NCBI GenBank assembly: GCA_964505785.1
Contig: CAZDJZ010000002.1
Coordinates: 269,527 to 333,526 of the forward strand
Length of the DNA: 64,000 nucleotides
Direction: 5' to 3'
Origin: an uncultured Eubacteriales bacterium
Lineage (GTDB): Bacteria; Acidobacteriota; Aminicenantia; Aminicenantales; Aminicenantaceae
Part shown: piece after piece, positions 19,095 through 29,911 of the stretch
How the letters are laid out: each line of letters opens with the position of its first letter
Position numbering within the stretch: the first letter of the stretch is position 1
Position numbers and translations under genes: made by a program
The notes under the pieces: model-generated
What the model saw: only the letters and a program-made list of their open reading frames with translations
What the model was told of the DNA's origin: nothing
Databases searched by the model: none

Positions 19095-20339
19095 TCACTC
19101 CCCAACTGCTTTTTTAAACTTGTCATAATTTAGAATATTTTCATCAACCATTTTTTTTGTGACTTTTATTGTCGTCTCCTGCTTGCTGGAAGGCAAGTGA
19201 AACATAATATCAAGCATCAGGTCTTCAATGATACTTCTTAAACCGCGAGCTCCCAGACCACGCTTTAAAGATTTTGCTGCAATCGATTTAAGCGCTTCAG
19301 AAGTAAATTCGAGCTTGACATTTTCCATTTCAAATAGCTTTTGGAATTGTTTCAAGATTGCATTTTTTGGCTTGGTGAGAATATCTACCAAGTCGTTTTC
19401 AGACAAATCTGAAAAAACGGCGGCAACAGGAATGCGGCCGACGAGTTCAGGAATCAAGCCGAACTTTATCAAATCCTGCGGAATTAATTCACGCAGAATG
19501 TCCTCTTTATCTGCAGATTCCTTCGGAACACGGCGGGACTGAAATCCCACAACACTCTTCCCTATCCTCTGCCTGATGATATCTTCAAGACCAATAAAAG
19601 CGCCCCCCATGATAAAAAGAATATTGGTTGTGTTTACGGGAATATATTCTTGCTGCGGATGTTTTCGCCCACCTTGAGGGGGTACATTCGCCGTCGTCCC
19701 TTCAATAATTTTCAAAAGGGCTTGCTGAACCCCTTCTCCGGATACATCCCGGGTAATGGAAGGGCTGTCACCCTTTCGCCCTATTTTATCTATTTCATCT
19801 ATATAGATAATTCCTTTCTGGGCCTTAGCTAAATTACCTTTGGCGGACTGAAAGAGCTTGAGAATAATATTTTCGACATCTTCACCCACATACCCGGCTT
19901 CGGTCAAGGAAGTGGCGTCAGCTATAGCAAAAGGAACCGATAAAACTTTGGCCAATGTCTGTGCCATCAGGGTTTTTCCAGTTCCGGTCGGACCTATGAT
20001 GAGGATATTACTCTTTGTTAATTCGACATCATCGATTTTTCCTCGATAATGAATTCGCTTATAATGATTATAAACAGCTACCGCGATTCTCTTTTTTGCC
20101 TCATCTTGCCCAATGATATATTCATCTAAGGCTTTTTTTATCTCAAACGGGGTCGGGAACTTTTCCTTCTTTTCCTCTTCACTTTTTTGGTCTTTTTCAG
20201 AAAAAATAATCGAATGGGCCAACTGAACACAATTGTCGCAGATATATACACCGCCGGGTCCCGCAATTAATTTTTTAACCATTGGCTGCGGACGGTTGCA
20301 AAAATTACATCGTGTCTGCTTATTCGTGTTCTCTTTCAT
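19095..20339 (-). CDS. clpX: ATP-dependent Clp protease ATP-binding subunit ClpX
   Basis: N-terminal zinc finger CNFCNRP...CDNC, Walker A GPTGTGKT. Confidence 0.95.
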   Translation of the reverse strand: MKENTNKQTRCNFCNRPQPMVKKLIAGPGGVYICDNCVQLAHSIIFSEKDQKSEEEKKEKFPTPFEIKKALDEYIIGQDEAKKRIAVAVYNHYKRIHYRGKIDDVELTKSNILIIGPTGTGKTLMAQTLAKVLSVPFAIADATSLTEAGYVGEDVENIILKLFQSAKGNLAKAQKGIIYIDEIDKIGRKGDSPSITRDVSGEGVQQALLKIIEGTTANVPPQGGRKHPQQEYIPVNTTNILFIMGGAFIGLEDIIRQRIGKSVVGFQSRRVPKESADKEDILRELIPQDLIKFGLIPELVGRIPVAAVFSDLSENDLVDILTKPKNAILKQFQKLFEMENVKLEFTSEALKSIAAKSLKRGLGARGLRSIIEDLMLDIMFHLPSSKQETTIKVTKKMVDENILNYDKFKKAVGE

Positions 20340-20387
20340 ATTTTTTTCTCAATACATTCGTTGATTCCGGCTAAATGGAATAAGACG

Positions 20388-20984
20388 TTACGGTTTAATA
20401 TTTTTCTTATCCGTAATGATATCATCTATAATACCATATTTTTCAGCTTGTGCGGGAGTCATGATAAAATCCCTCTCGATATCCTCTTGAATTTTTTCTT
20501 CCGGTTGCTCCGTATGTTTAACCAGAATTTGATTGATATTTTCCCGAATCCGGAGGATCTCTTTTGCCTGAATTGCGATATCAGACGCCTGCCCCTTGAA
20601 TCCACCAAAGGGCTGGTGAATAATAATCCTGGCATTGGGAAGGGAATATCTTTTCCCTTTTGTTCCAGCGGCTAAAAGGATGGCGGCCATGCTGGCTGCC
20701 TGGCCGACGCATATGGTCGATATAGCTGAATTCAAATACTGCATGGTGTCATAAATAGCCAGCCCGGCTGTAATGCTGCCGCCTGGTGAATTGATGTAAA
20801 TTGAAACGGGTTGTTCCGGCTTTTCTGCGTCAAGGTACAAAAGCTGGGCGACAACTGAATTGGCCACAGCATCATTAATTTCAGTTCCGATAAAGATAAT
20901 ATTATCTTTAAGCAGACGTGAATATATATCATACACACGTTCATTTTTGCCTTCTCGGTCAACAACAAAGGGGGTTTGAGTCAT
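20388..20984 (-). CDS. clpP: ATP-dependent Clp protease proteolytic subunit
   Basis: [18 protein letters not shown], catalytic Ser/His/Asp context (GQAASMAA). Confidence 0.95.
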   Translation of the reverse strand: MTQTPFVVDREGKNERVYDIYSRLLKDNIIFIGTEINDAVANSVVAQLLYLDAEKPEQPVSIYINSPGGSITAGLAIYDTMQYLNSAISTICVGQAASMAAILLAAGTKGKRYSLPNARIIIHQPFGGFKGQASDIAIQAKEILRIRENINQILVKHTEQPEEKIQEDIERDFIMTPAQAEKYGIIDDIITDKKNIKP

Positions 20985-20992
20985 GAGAAATT

Positions 20993-22279
20993 TTATTCCA
21001 TTATAGCTTGTTCGGTCAAAAAGTCAACCGTCTTACGAAGAAGCATATTCTCTTTCATGTTGTCTTTTCGGCCTTCCTGATTCATATATTCCACAACTTT
21101 AGGAAGCGGCACATTATTTTTTTCAGCCATGGATTTAAATTCTTTTTGAAGCTCCTCTTCTGTAACATCAATGTTTTCTTTTTCTGCGATTTTTTTTAAG
21201 ATCAAATGATTTTTTATCGTTTTTTCTGCCTGGGATCTGGCTTCTTTTTTTACATCTTCCACTTCTGATTCTTTCAATGTCTGCTGCTGCTGCTGCATTT
21301 GGGACGCTAACTGGCGGAGATTGGCGGCCGTTTCCTGGTTAATGATAGAGTCAGGAAGATCGATTTTTGTTTTTTCGGCAATTTTTTCTAATACTTCCTC
21401 CGTAGCCTTTCTCTGGGACATATCTTTTTTGGCTGTCTGAAGCTCTTTTTTGATTTCATCTTTCAATGCCTGGATATTCTCAAACTTTCCCATATCTTTG
21501 GCGAAATCATCATTCAGTTCAGGCAGTTTCTTCTGCTTAACTGATTGAACTTTAAGATTATATTCGATTGTCTTGCCTGCTACTCTTTTATTGGATACAT
21601 CTTCCTTATGCTCTATTTCAAAAACTGTTTCTTCTCCGGATTTCAATCCAAGAAGGCTTTTATTCAGCACCGGATCATTATCGGGATGTCCGGCCTTAAT
21701 GACTGTTTTTTGGGTTGGGAGAAGTTTTTTTGACTCCTTGTCTTTCCCTTTCAATTCAGCCATAACATAATCCTCTTCCTTTATTCCCCTGCCTTCCACA
21801 GCTTCATACTGAGCGGATTTTTCTCTCAATTCCTCCAAGGACTGATTTATATCTTCCTCAGTTACATCGGCTTTATCTTTTTTGACTTTGATTTTTTTAT
21901 ATTGGGGGAGCTCGAATTCAGGCCATAGTTCAAATTCCACTTTTAGCTTCAGCGGTTTTTCCTCTTGAAAATCAATATCCGTAATGACCGGTGAAGCAAC
22001 CGGCTGAATGTTCTCTTCTTTGAGAATGTCATTTATTTCCTGGGGAGCTATATTTTGCACCACAGACTGCTTGATGTCGGCGTCATATTTCTGTTTCACA
22101 AGATGTATCGGCGCATTTCCTTGCCGGAATCCTTTTATGTCCGCCTGGAGAGCGTAATTTTTAAGGACCCGCTCATACTCCGCTTTCGCTTGAGCAGCAG
22201 GAATTTCAATTTCCAGTTCCCTCTTGATGTCATTGACTTTATTAATCTTGTGATTCGTTCCTTTGATTATATGTACCAT
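20993..22279 (-). CDS. tig: trigger factor
   Basis: Trigger-factor domain order (ribosome-binding N, PPIase, C); ORF 5' extension into tRNA rejected, ATG at 22279 (MVHIIKG). Confidence 0.88.
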   Translation of the reverse strand: MVHIIKGTNHKINKVNDIKRELEIEIPAAQAKAEYERVLKNYALQADIKGFRQGNAPIHLVKQKYDADIKQSVVQNIAPQEINDILKEENIQPVASPVITDIDFQEEKPLKLKVEFELWPEFELPQYKKIKVKKDKADVTEEDINQSLEELREKSAQYEAVEGRGIKEEDYVMAELKGKDKESKKLLPTQKTVIKAGHPDNDPVLNKSLLGLKSGEETVFEIEHKEDVSNKRVAGKTIEYNLKVQSVKQKKLPELNDDFAKDMGKFENIQALKDEIKKELQTAKKDMSQRKATEEVLEKIAEKTKIDLPDSIINQETAANLRQLASQMQQQQQTLKESEVEDVKKEARSQAEKTIKNHLILKKIAEKENIDVTEEELQKEFKSMAEKNNVPLPKVVEYMNQEGRKDNMKENMLLRKTVDFLTEQAIME

Positions 22280-22303
22280 GATTGAACCTTTTTCTGGGAT
22301 AAT

Positions 22304-22388
22304 TGGGCAGAGCGGGACTCGAACCCGCAATCCTTCTTCAGGAACTAGGTCCTAAGCCTAGCGCGTATGCCAATTTCGCCACCTGCCC
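22304..22388 (-). tRNA. tRNA-Leu (anticodon UAG), type II with long variable arm
   Basis: Hand-folded: acceptor GGGCAGG/TCTGCCC, D-loop with GG, anticodon stem CTAGG/CCTAG loop CTTAGGA (UAG), variable arm TCCT/AGGA, T-arm GCGGG-TTCGAGT-CCCGC, discriminator A; CCA not encoded. Confidence 0.85.
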
Positions 22389-22628
22389 TCATGCACGGAA
22401 TTGCGGTATACGGATTTACCTTCTCGAATTATTATGAAAAAAGACCGGGTCGAATGTATGCCGAGAAGAACATTTTTTACCACAGCCCGGATTATTTGTC
22501 AATTCAGACCTCTTCACCGGTATGCCAAAAAGTAAACGGCCGCGAATCCTGGTACAAATAAGTTTTCCGCCCCATCAGCGAAAAACCGGCTCTGCACCCG
22601 GTATCCGCGGCTGTATCGTTTGCCGTAA

Positions 22629-24461
22629 TCAGCGGAAATACTTAAGCAGCTTCTGCGCCATACTGGGATCCAGTTCTTTTAATTTCATATAAGCTTGTCT
22701 TGCGCTGGCATTATCTCCCATATTCAAATAAACAATTCCTAAATTATAATACGCCAAGGCATAATCCGGCCTTAGCTCAACCACTTTCCTCAAGGGTTCG
22801 ACAGCGGATGACCATTTTTTCTGCTGCATGTAATTCACTGCGATATTAAACCAGGCATTATCATTTTCAGGAGTAATCTTGACTAATTCTTGAAAGGCTG
22901 AAATCGCATTGCTGAACTGGTTCAGCTGAGAGTAAGAATAACCTAAATTCATATATGCGTATTCAAAAGAAGGACGCAGATCGATCGCCCGCTTAAAAAC
23001 ATCTACAGCCTCCTTGAAACGCTCCTCTTTAACATACATATAACCCAAGTTGTAAACAGCATCCGCATTTTCGGGATCCAGATCTACAAGGTCCTTGGCT
23101 GCGGCTATGGCCTCATCCGGCATATTTGCTTTATCATACATTTGCATTATTGTATTGTAATAAACTCTGGCTTCGTCAGGGTTAACCTCCGCTAACTCTT
23201 TGTATGTGTTTTCCGCTTTTTCATATTGTTCCGCTTCCTGGTACGCCTGGGCCAGTTTATACTTAATGCTGTCTTCCTGAGGATTATTTTCAACAGCTTT
23301 TTCAAGAGAATCGATAGCGCCGGAAAAATCTTTGATTTCCATTTGGGCAAGCCCCATTTTCAAATAGACATCTTCCGGATTTTCAGGATCAGATTCAGCA
23401 AATCTCATATAGGCGTTCACAGCTTTCTCAAAATTTTTCTGTTCTTCATAAGCCCGCCCGATAAAATAAAAGGAGCGTGTTTCCTGAGGATTTAATTCCA
23501 CCGCTTTTTCCAGGGCGGGAATGGCCTCGTCCCAATTCCGCATATTAACATAAACATTTCCCAACTCCAGATATGCGGACGCCCGGCTGGAATCCAGCTT
23601 GATGATTTCTTTATAGGTTGTGACCGCCGAATTATAATCTCTCTGTTTGGTATAAACTTCAGCCAGCATTTGTTTGATTTCAATGTCTTCCGGCCGCTGT
23701 TCACTCAATTTTTCCAGAAAATTTTCAGCAGCAACCGTGTTGTCCAAAGCAGCAAAAGCACGGGCGGCCAACTCGATTCCTTCGATAGTTGAATAATATT
23801 CGATCATATCTGTTTTCTTCAGCTTTGTGGAATCCTTTTCATTCGTGTTCATTCCAGTGATCAGCTCCGCGGGAAGAATGAATTTTGATGAACGGTTCGG
23901 ATAAACGACAATTCCGACAACAATTCCATTTTCATCAAAAGCCGGGGCACCGCTGCATTCGTCAACGGTTGAGGTGCTTATATCTGCAACTTTGTAATCA
24001 TCCACAAACTCTTGAATATTTATAATTTTCCCGTCGAATCCCTTCAATTCGCTGACTTCGTTTGATCCAATAATGAATATCTGGCTTCCGAATTTAACAT
24101 TGTTGAACCCGCCCAGTCTGACCGGCTTGTTCTTGCTTTTAACTTTAAGGACAGCCAAATCATATTTCTTGCTGACATCAATAATACCTTCGATTTTAAC
24201 TTTATCCCCGCGGTAATCCACCCCTTCAGCTTCTTTGGCCTGGCTGACCAAGTGGTAATTGGTAACCATTACTTTCTCGTCCAGCATAAACCCCGTCCCC
24301 TTGAAAAGGACTTGGTCATCATCGCCGTAAGCGGTAAAGGCAATCACGCTTTCTTTATTATTTTCCATCACCTCCAGGGCTTCCGACTCCTGAGCTTGAA
24401 GCAAAGAAGCAGAAATAACGAAAAGAGCCAAACAAAACATAATGGATATTGTTTTTTTCAT
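22629..24461 (-). CDS. secreted trypsin-like serine protease domain fused to long TPR-repeat array
   Basis: Signal peptide; S1-like His (YHLV), Asp (DLAVLKV), Ser context (ECSGAPAFDENG); >8 TPR repeats C-terminal. Confidence 0.6.
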   Translation of the reverse strand: MKKTISIMFCLALFVISASLLQAQESEALEVMENNKESVIAFTAYGDDDQVLFKGTGFMLDEKVMVTNYHLVSQAKEAEGVDYRGDKVKIEGIIDVSKKYDLAVLKVKSKNKPVRLGGFNNVKFGSQIFIIGSNEVSELKGFDGKIINIQEFVDDYKVADISTSTVDECSGAPAFDENGIVVGIVVYPNRSSKFILPAELITGMNTNEKDSTKLKKTDMIEYYSTIEGIELAARAFAALDNTVAAENFLEKLSEQRPEDIEIKQMLAEVYTKQRDYNSAVTTYKEIIKLDSSRASAYLELGNVYVNMRNWDEAIPALEKAVELNPQETRSFYFIGRAYEEQKNFEKAVNAYMRFAESDPENPEDVYLKMGLAQMEIKDFSGAIDSLEKAVENNPQEDSIKYKLAQAYQEAEQYEKAENTYKELAEVNPDEARVYYNTIMQMYDKANMPDEAIAAAKDLVDLDPENADAVYNLGYMYVKEERFKEAVDVFKRAIDLRPSFEYAYMNLGYSYSQLNQFSNAISAFQELVKITPENDNAWFNIAVNYMQQKKWSSAVEPLRKVVELRPDYALAYYNLGIVYLNMGDNASARQAYMKLKELDPSMAQKLLKYFR

Positions 24462-24603
24462 GGAACCTCCTCTATTGTTTTATTGATTATTAAAATATGT
24501 AATATTTGCATACCATAAAATTTACACTGTAGAGAAAAATTAGTCAAATTTTCTTCCAGGTCATTCAGAGGGTATTTTCTGTGCAGCAGGTCAGGTATAA
24601 TAT

Positions 24604-25095
24604 ATGCCGAACAGAAAGATGAAAACCGAACATATAGTTAAAACTGTTTTTACCGTTACACTGACCGCTTCGTTTTTTTGGATGATTCTTATCAGTTTAT
24701 CCCCGTTTTTGTATGCCCGGGATTTCTCTTTAGCTCCAGGAATATATAATTTATTCAAGTCCATCTGTCACCAGATGCCGTCCCGCTGTTTTCACCTGTT
24801 CGGCTTTCCTATGCCGGTTTGCACGCGGTGTTTCGGTATCTACGCCGGCTTTTTTTTTGCAACGGTTCTCTACCCCAAAACAAAAGGATGGTTATCTCTG
24901 TCTATTCCAGACATACACATCTTGACAGCTTTCAGTCTTCCTATAGTCATTGACACGGGGGGAAATTTTTTATTTGCCTGGCAGACTCCCGGAGTGGTTC
25001 GTTTCCTGATCGGCATGCTGTGGGGTGTCCTTCTCCCTTATTATTTCATTCCGGGGATATCAGAAGCTGTCCTTATGCATCGTAAAAACAAGTGA
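24604..25095 (+). CDS. DUF2085 family membrane protein
   Basis: Motifs CHQMPSRCFH and CTRCFGIY characteristic of DUF2085. Confidence 0.6.
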   Translation: MPNRKMKTEHIVKTVFTVTLTASFFWMILISLSPFLYARDFSLAPGIYNLFKSICHQMPSRCFHLFGFPMPVCTRCFGIYAGFFFATVLYPKTKGWLSLSIPDIHILTAFSLPIVIDTGGNFLFAWQTPGVVRFLIGMLWGVLLPYYFIPGISEAVLMHRKNK

Positions 25096-25171
25096 ATCAG
25101 AAAAAATATGCTTGAAATAAACCCCTTAAAAACCATAGAATGGAGAAAATCAAGAAAAGGAGGCCTCCTCA

Positions 25172-25705
25172 ATGACAACAAATGAACAAAAACCGGGAAT
25201 GTTTGTTCCAGCTTTGATAGGAGGGGGGATCGCCGGTTTACTATCAGGAATTCCTCTCATAAACTGTTTATGCTGCTTATGGATTATCGGTGGTGGAATT
25301 ACGGCTGCCTATTTCTTTAACCGGGAGTCCATCCGTCCAATGACTCCCGGAGACGGCGCTATTGTCGGCGTTTTTGCCGGTTTGATCGCCGCTGTTGTGG
25401 ACTTTTTAATCAGTATTCCGTTAGCTCCCCTCTCGAATAAATTTATTCAGCGCTTTCTTGATCAGGTGGCGCAATACTCTGAAAATTTACCGGAAGGGTG
25501 GGAGCAGATTATGGAACGCGGGGGCATGGAAATGTCCGCCTCTATGATGCTTCTTGATTTCGCTATAAGCGCTGTTGTCTTTTCCTTGTTCGCAGCCTTA
25601 GGCGGTATTATTGGAGTCGCTCTCTTTAAAAAAAAGATCAGTAAAGCAGAATCCTCTGATGTTCCTGAAGACAAAACAACTTCTCAAAACTCAGATAATC
25701 GTTAA
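25172..25705 (+). CDS. hypothetical membrane protein
   Basis: AGGAGG RBS, hydrophobic segments; no recognisable family. Confidence 0.45.
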   Translation: MTTNEQKPGMFVPALIGGGIAGLLSGIPLINCLCCLWIIGGGITAAYFFNRESIRPMTPGDGAIVGVFAGLIAAVVDFLISIPLAPLSNKFIQRFLDQVAQYSENLPEGWEQIMERGGMEMSASMMLLDFAISAVVFSLFAALGGIIGVALFKKKISKAESSDVPEDKTTSQNSDNR

Positions 25706-26612
25706 TCCCGTATCAGACCAGGGCCGGACAGGGAGAAAATGGAAACAAATCAAGGAAATCCTGCATAATTTTTTCGCGGAATTTAAATGTGAATTCACAG
25801 AAAAACCTATGCAAGCGACCGAATTGTGCCGTTCTGCGATTAAAGAGGGTTCCGAATTGATCATTGGAATCGGCGGGGACGGGACAATGAATGAAATCGC
25901 CAATGGGTTTTTCGAAGATCAAGCAATCATTAATCCCGAATCCGTATTGGGCGTGGTTCCCTCAGGGACCGGATCTGATTTCAGCCGCAGCCTCAATATT
26001 CCTTTCAGCTTTTCTAAATCCATGAAAATTATTTCCGAGGCCCCCAATCGATATATCGATCTAGGCCGGGTCTTTTTTCATAATAAGGAAGGGATTAAAG
26101 AAAAAAGATATTTCCTGAATATCACAGACTTTGGAATCGGTGGTGAGGTCGTTAGAAAAGTAAACCAGATGAGACTCAAACGTAAGGCTGGATCATATTT
26201 ATTCTGTTTGATTTCGGTTATCGCGGCATTTAAGCACAAAACGCTGAACATTGAAATAGACGGCAAAATCCTTCCCCTGGAAAAATACATGATTGGAGCG
26301 GTATCTAATGGCCGCATATTTGGAAAAGGAATGAAAATTGCTCCGCATGCGGTTTTGGATGATGGCTTATTTGACGTGATCTTAGTCAAAAGTATGCATT
26401 TAGCTGATTTCTTTTTGAACGCGTGGCGGCTTTATGCGGGAAAGCACTTGAGTCATCCAAAAATAGATTGGATGCGCGGAGAGGAGATTCGTGTTTATTC
26501 AATGGAAACCGGCAATCAAGCTTTAATTGAAGTTGATGGTGAACAATTGGGTCAGACTCCGATTAAATTCGATATGCTTCCCGGCCGGTTTCCCGTAAAA
26601 GCTTTTATTTAA
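25659..26612 (+). CDS. YegS/BmrU-family lipid kinase (diacylglycerol kinase catalytic domain)
   Basis: IIVNP...GGDGTMNEIANG and GVVPSGTGSDFSRSL motifs; start uncertain (TTG 25611 or ATG 25659). Confidence 0.75.
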   Translation: MFLKTKQLLKTQIIVNPVSDQGRTGRKWKQIKEILHNFFAEFKCEFTEKPMQATELCRSAIKEGSELIIGIGGDGTMNEIANGFFEDQAIINPESVLGVVPSGTGSDFSRSLNIPFSFSKSMKIISEAPNRYIDLGRVFFHNKEGIKEKRYFLNITDFGIGGEVVRKVNQMRLKRKAGSYLFCLISVIAAFKHKTLNIEIDGKILPLEKYMIGAVSNGRIFGKGMKIAPHAVLDDGLFDVILVKSMHLADFFLNAWRLYAGKHLSHPKIDWMRGEEIRVYSMETGNQALIEVDGEQLGQTPIKFDMLPGRFPVKAFI

Positions 26613-27219
26613 TCCGATGTTTGTTGGCCCTATATAATGCCTGGTTATTAGTGAGAACCAACCGGCCGTCTTTATCATAGTATCTGTATATTTTTGTCCT
26701 TGTATGAACATCCTTTCGCCCATATGAAGATTTTACTTTTTCAATATAATTGATTGTTTCCGGATAGGGCGGGATGCCTTTATATTTTTTGATGGCTTCC
26801 TGTCCCGCATTGTAAGCAGCCAAAATCAATTCCAGGTTTTGATCATAAATTTTTATCAAGTCTTTCAGATATTTAGTTCCACCCTCTATGTTTTCAGTCG
26901 GATCGAATCTATCTTTCACACCATATTGTTCAGCGGTCTCAGGCATCAACTGCATCAGACCGGCGGCCCCTTTGGATGAAACCGCATAGGTGTTATAATT
27001 GGATTCCGCTTTGATTATGGAATGTATCAGTTTGGCGGGCAAATCATATTTTTGGGCGGCTTTTTCGATGATATAATTATATTTTCCTGAAGGAGGAGGG
27101 GCATCCGCCGGGAATAAATACGCAGTTGTCAATATCAGGATGGATGAAAATATAAGCAAAAGATTCTCCCTGCAGTTTATCATCTTTCCATAATTAACTA
27201 ACTCAAAGCCTGCAATCAA
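26605..27219 (-). CDS. lytic transglycosylase (SLT domain), secreted
   Basis: AESNYNTYAVSSKGAAGLMQLMPETAEQYG catalytic Glu motif of family 1 LTs. Confidence 0.75.
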   Translation of the reverse strand: MIAGFELVNYGKMINCRENLLLIFSSILILTTAYLFPADAPPPSGKYNYIIEKAAQKYDLPAKLIHSIIKAESNYNTYAVSSKGAAGLMQLMPETAEQYGVKDRFDPTENIEGGTKYLKDLIKIYDQNLELILAAYNAGQEAIKKYKGIPPYPETINYIEKVKSSYGRKDVHTRTKIYRYYDKDGRLVLTNNQALYRANKHRIK

Positions 27220-27244
27220 TCCCCTTTAGGGGTGAATTTTATCT

Positions 27245-29884
27245 TTATCCATCAAGAAATGACTTCAGAAATTCAAAACCAGCCGTAAGGGCCTGATCCA
27301 TTTTTCCTGGGTTCGATCCTCCGGCCTGGGCAAAATCCGGCCTGCCTCCCCCTCCGCCGCCCACAACCGGAGCAATTTTCTTTATGATATCACTGGCTTT
27401 TACTCTTGCCGTCAGGTCGCTCGTGACGGCCGCTACCAGCAGGGCTTTCCCTTCTGTAACCGTTCCCAAAATCACTACTCCGGAACCAATCTTTTGCCGG
27501 TGCGTATCAGCGAGGCTTCGCAATTCAGGCTGACTTAAACCGTCGATCCGCTGGGTTAAAATTGAAATTCCATTGATATTATGGATGTTTTTATTCTCTT
27601 CCCTGCCGCTTATATTGACAACTTTCCGTCGCAATGATGCGCATTCATTTTCTTTTTCTTTTATGGTTTCCTGAAGTTTTTCTACCTGACTGACTAAGTC
27701 CATCCGTGGAGCTTGCAGCAAATCCTGGATTTCCTTCAGCACTATTTCATTTTCATGAAAATATGACAGGGCGCATTTTCCAGTTACGGCTTCTATCCTT
27801 CTCATTCCAGCAGCGATACTTCCTTCGGATTTAATTTTAAATACACCGATCTCTCCTGTGCGCCTGACATGCACTCCTCCGCACAATTCCTTGCTGAAAT
27901 CATTGACGGTCACTACCCTGACTTTTTCCCCATATTTTTCATCAAATATCGCCGCCGCTCCGGATTTTATACCTTCCTCCAGAGTTGTCTCTTTTATATC
28001 TACCGGGATGTCCTCCTGAATTTTTTCATTAACCACGGCTTCCACCCGTTCGATTTCATCTGCTGTCAACGAGGAGTAGTGAGTGAAATCAAAACGAAGC
28101 CGATCAGGTGAAACAAGAGATCCTGACTGCTTAACATGAGATCCCAATATTTTTCGCAGGGATGCATGCAGAAGATGTGTCGAGGTGTGATTTTTGCTGA
28201 TGGCCCATCTCTGAGATTGATTGATTTCCGCGTTCACTTTATCTCCAGAATGAATCTCTCCTTTTTTTATTTTAACTTTATGTGAAATCAATTCAGGAAT
28301 GGGAAAATAAGCTGTTTGGACATCCGCCCGGCTATGTGCGGAAAATATTCTTCCTTTATCCCCGACTTGCCCCCCGGCTTCCGCATAGAAAGGCGTCCTG
28401 TCCAGAAAAATTTCCCCCGTTTCTCCCTCGCTAAGGGCATCCACGGATTTTCCGTCTTTTAAAATTCCAAGAACCTCCGCTTCAGAAATTTCAGACTGGC
28501 CGTACCCGACAAATTGAACTTCCAGGTCTGAGAATGGCTCGTAAATCTGTCTTTCTTTTTGTTGGGCGTCTCCTTTCCAGGACTTTCTTGCCCGGCGGCG
28601 CTGCTCTTCCAGAGCCTGGAAAAATCCTTTTTCATCCACAGATAAATCTTCTTCTTCAGCCAATTCCCGTGATAAATCAATCGGAAACCCGTATGTGTCA
28701 TACAATTTAAACAAATGATCACCGGAAAGGACAGATTGTTTTTTTTCTTTGGCTTCAGCGATAAAACGGTCGAAAGTTTTAAGGCCGGATGTTAAGGTGT
28801 TGGTAAATCTTTCTTCCTCCGCCAGGCAAACTTGAGAAATATACTCAGCGGATTTCATTAATTCAGGGTAGCTGTCCTTCATTATATCGCAAACAACGCT
28901 CACCAAAGAATAAAGAAACGGATTATCTAATCCCATTTTCTGGCCGGCACGAAATGATCGTCTGATCAGCCTTCTCAAGACATAGCCTCGACCGTCATTG
29001 GCAGGCATTATCCCGTCACCGATTAAAAAAGTCACAGCCCGCATATGGTCTGCAATGATTTGCAAATGAACCCGGTTTTTATCATCACTTGGGAATTCAA
29101 TTCCAGCGACTTCAGAGGTTTTTTCAATCAGAGGGACAAACAAATCAGTTTCATAATTGTTTTTTTTCCCCTGAAGCACGGCCGCCATTCTTTCCAATCC
29201 CATCCCCGTATCGATGGATGGAGAAGGTAATTTCCGGATTGATCCATCCTTATTCCGGTTAAACTGCATGAATACTAAATTCCATAATTCAACAAAGCGT
29301 TCATGTCCTTTCTCAATCAGCTCTTGGGGATTCCCCCCCATCGACGGGTCTAAGTCATAGTGAATTTCCGAGCAGGGCCCGCAAGGGCCTGTCTCACCCA
29401 TGCTCCAATAATTGTCTTCTTCTCCCATGCGGAATATCATATCCTCGGAAACTCGTATTCCCTTCTTCCAAATATTGTAAGCTTCCTCGTCGTCCCTGAA
29501 TACAGTGACGTAAAGCCGGTCTTCAGGAAAGCCGTATTCCTGCGCCATCAATTCCCATGCCAAAGAAATCGCTTCTTTTTTGAAATAATCTCCAAATGAA
29601 AAATTTCCCAGCATTTCAAAAAACGTATGATGCTTGCTTGTTTTTCCAACCATTTCCAAATCGTTATGTTTTCCGCTGACCCGCATGCATTTTTGCACGG
29701 AAACCGCCCTCTTGTAGCTTCGTTTCTCCAATCCCAGAAACACATCTTTGAATTGATTCATCCCCGCATTTGTAAAAAGGAGGGTGGGGTCATCCTTCGG
29801 GTATAGAGACGAACTCTCGACAATTTTGTGGCCCCTGTCAGAAAAAAAATTCAAAAAACGGTCTCTGATTTCCTGTGCCTTCAT
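27245..29884 (-). CDS. alaS: alanine--tRNA ligase
   Basis: 879 aa; class II aaRS motifs, editing domain HxxxH, C-terminal GGGGG DHHA1-like tail. Confidence 0.95.
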   Translation of the reverse strand: MKAQEIRDRFLNFFSDRGHKIVESSSLYPKDDPTLLFTNAGMNQFKDVFLGLEKRSYKRAVSVQKCMRVSGKHNDLEMVGKTSKHHTFFEMLGNFSFGDYFKKEAISLAWELMAQEYGFPEDRLYVTVFRDDEEAYNIWKKGIRVSEDMIFRMGEEDNYWSMGETGPCGPCSEIHYDLDPSMGGNPQELIEKGHERFVELWNLVFMQFNRNKDGSIRKLPSPSIDTGMGLERMAAVLQGKKNNYETDLFVPLIEKTSEVAGIEFPSDDKNRVHLQIIADHMRAVTFLIGDGIMPANDGRGYVLRRLIRRSFRAGQKMGLDNPFLYSLVSVVCDIMKDSYPELMKSAEYISQVCLAEEERFTNTLTSGLKTFDRFIAEAKEKKQSVLSGDHLFKLYDTYGFPIDLSRELAEEEDLSVDEKGFFQALEEQRRRARKSWKGDAQQKERQIYEPFSDLEVQFVGYGQSEISEAEVLGILKDGKSVDALSEGETGEIFLDRTPFYAEAGGQVGDKGRIFSAHSRADVQTAYFPIPELISHKVKIKKGEIHSGDKVNAEINQSQRWAISKNHTSTHLLHASLRKILGSHVKQSGSLVSPDRLRFDFTHYSSLTADEIERVEAVVNEKIQEDIPVDIKETTLEEGIKSGAAAIFDEKYGEKVRVVTVNDFSKELCGGVHVRRTGEIGVFKIKSEGSIAAGMRRIEAVTGKCALSYFHENEIVLKEIQDLLQAPRMDLVSQVEKLQETIKEKENECASLRRKVVNISGREENKNIHNINGISILTQRIDGLSQPELRSLADTHRQKIGSGVVILGTVTEGKALLVAAVTSDLTARVKASDIIKKIAPVVGGGGGGRPDFAQAGGSNPGKMDQALTAGFEFLKSFLDG

Positions 29885-29911
29885 ATATATCCTTCTGTCC
29901 GTATGATAAGT

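Noticed and set aside
20993-22330. Long form of tig ORF extending to 22330
   Set aside because: Extension runs into tRNA-Leu (22304-22388); internal ATG at 22279 gives canonical trigger-factor N-terminus.
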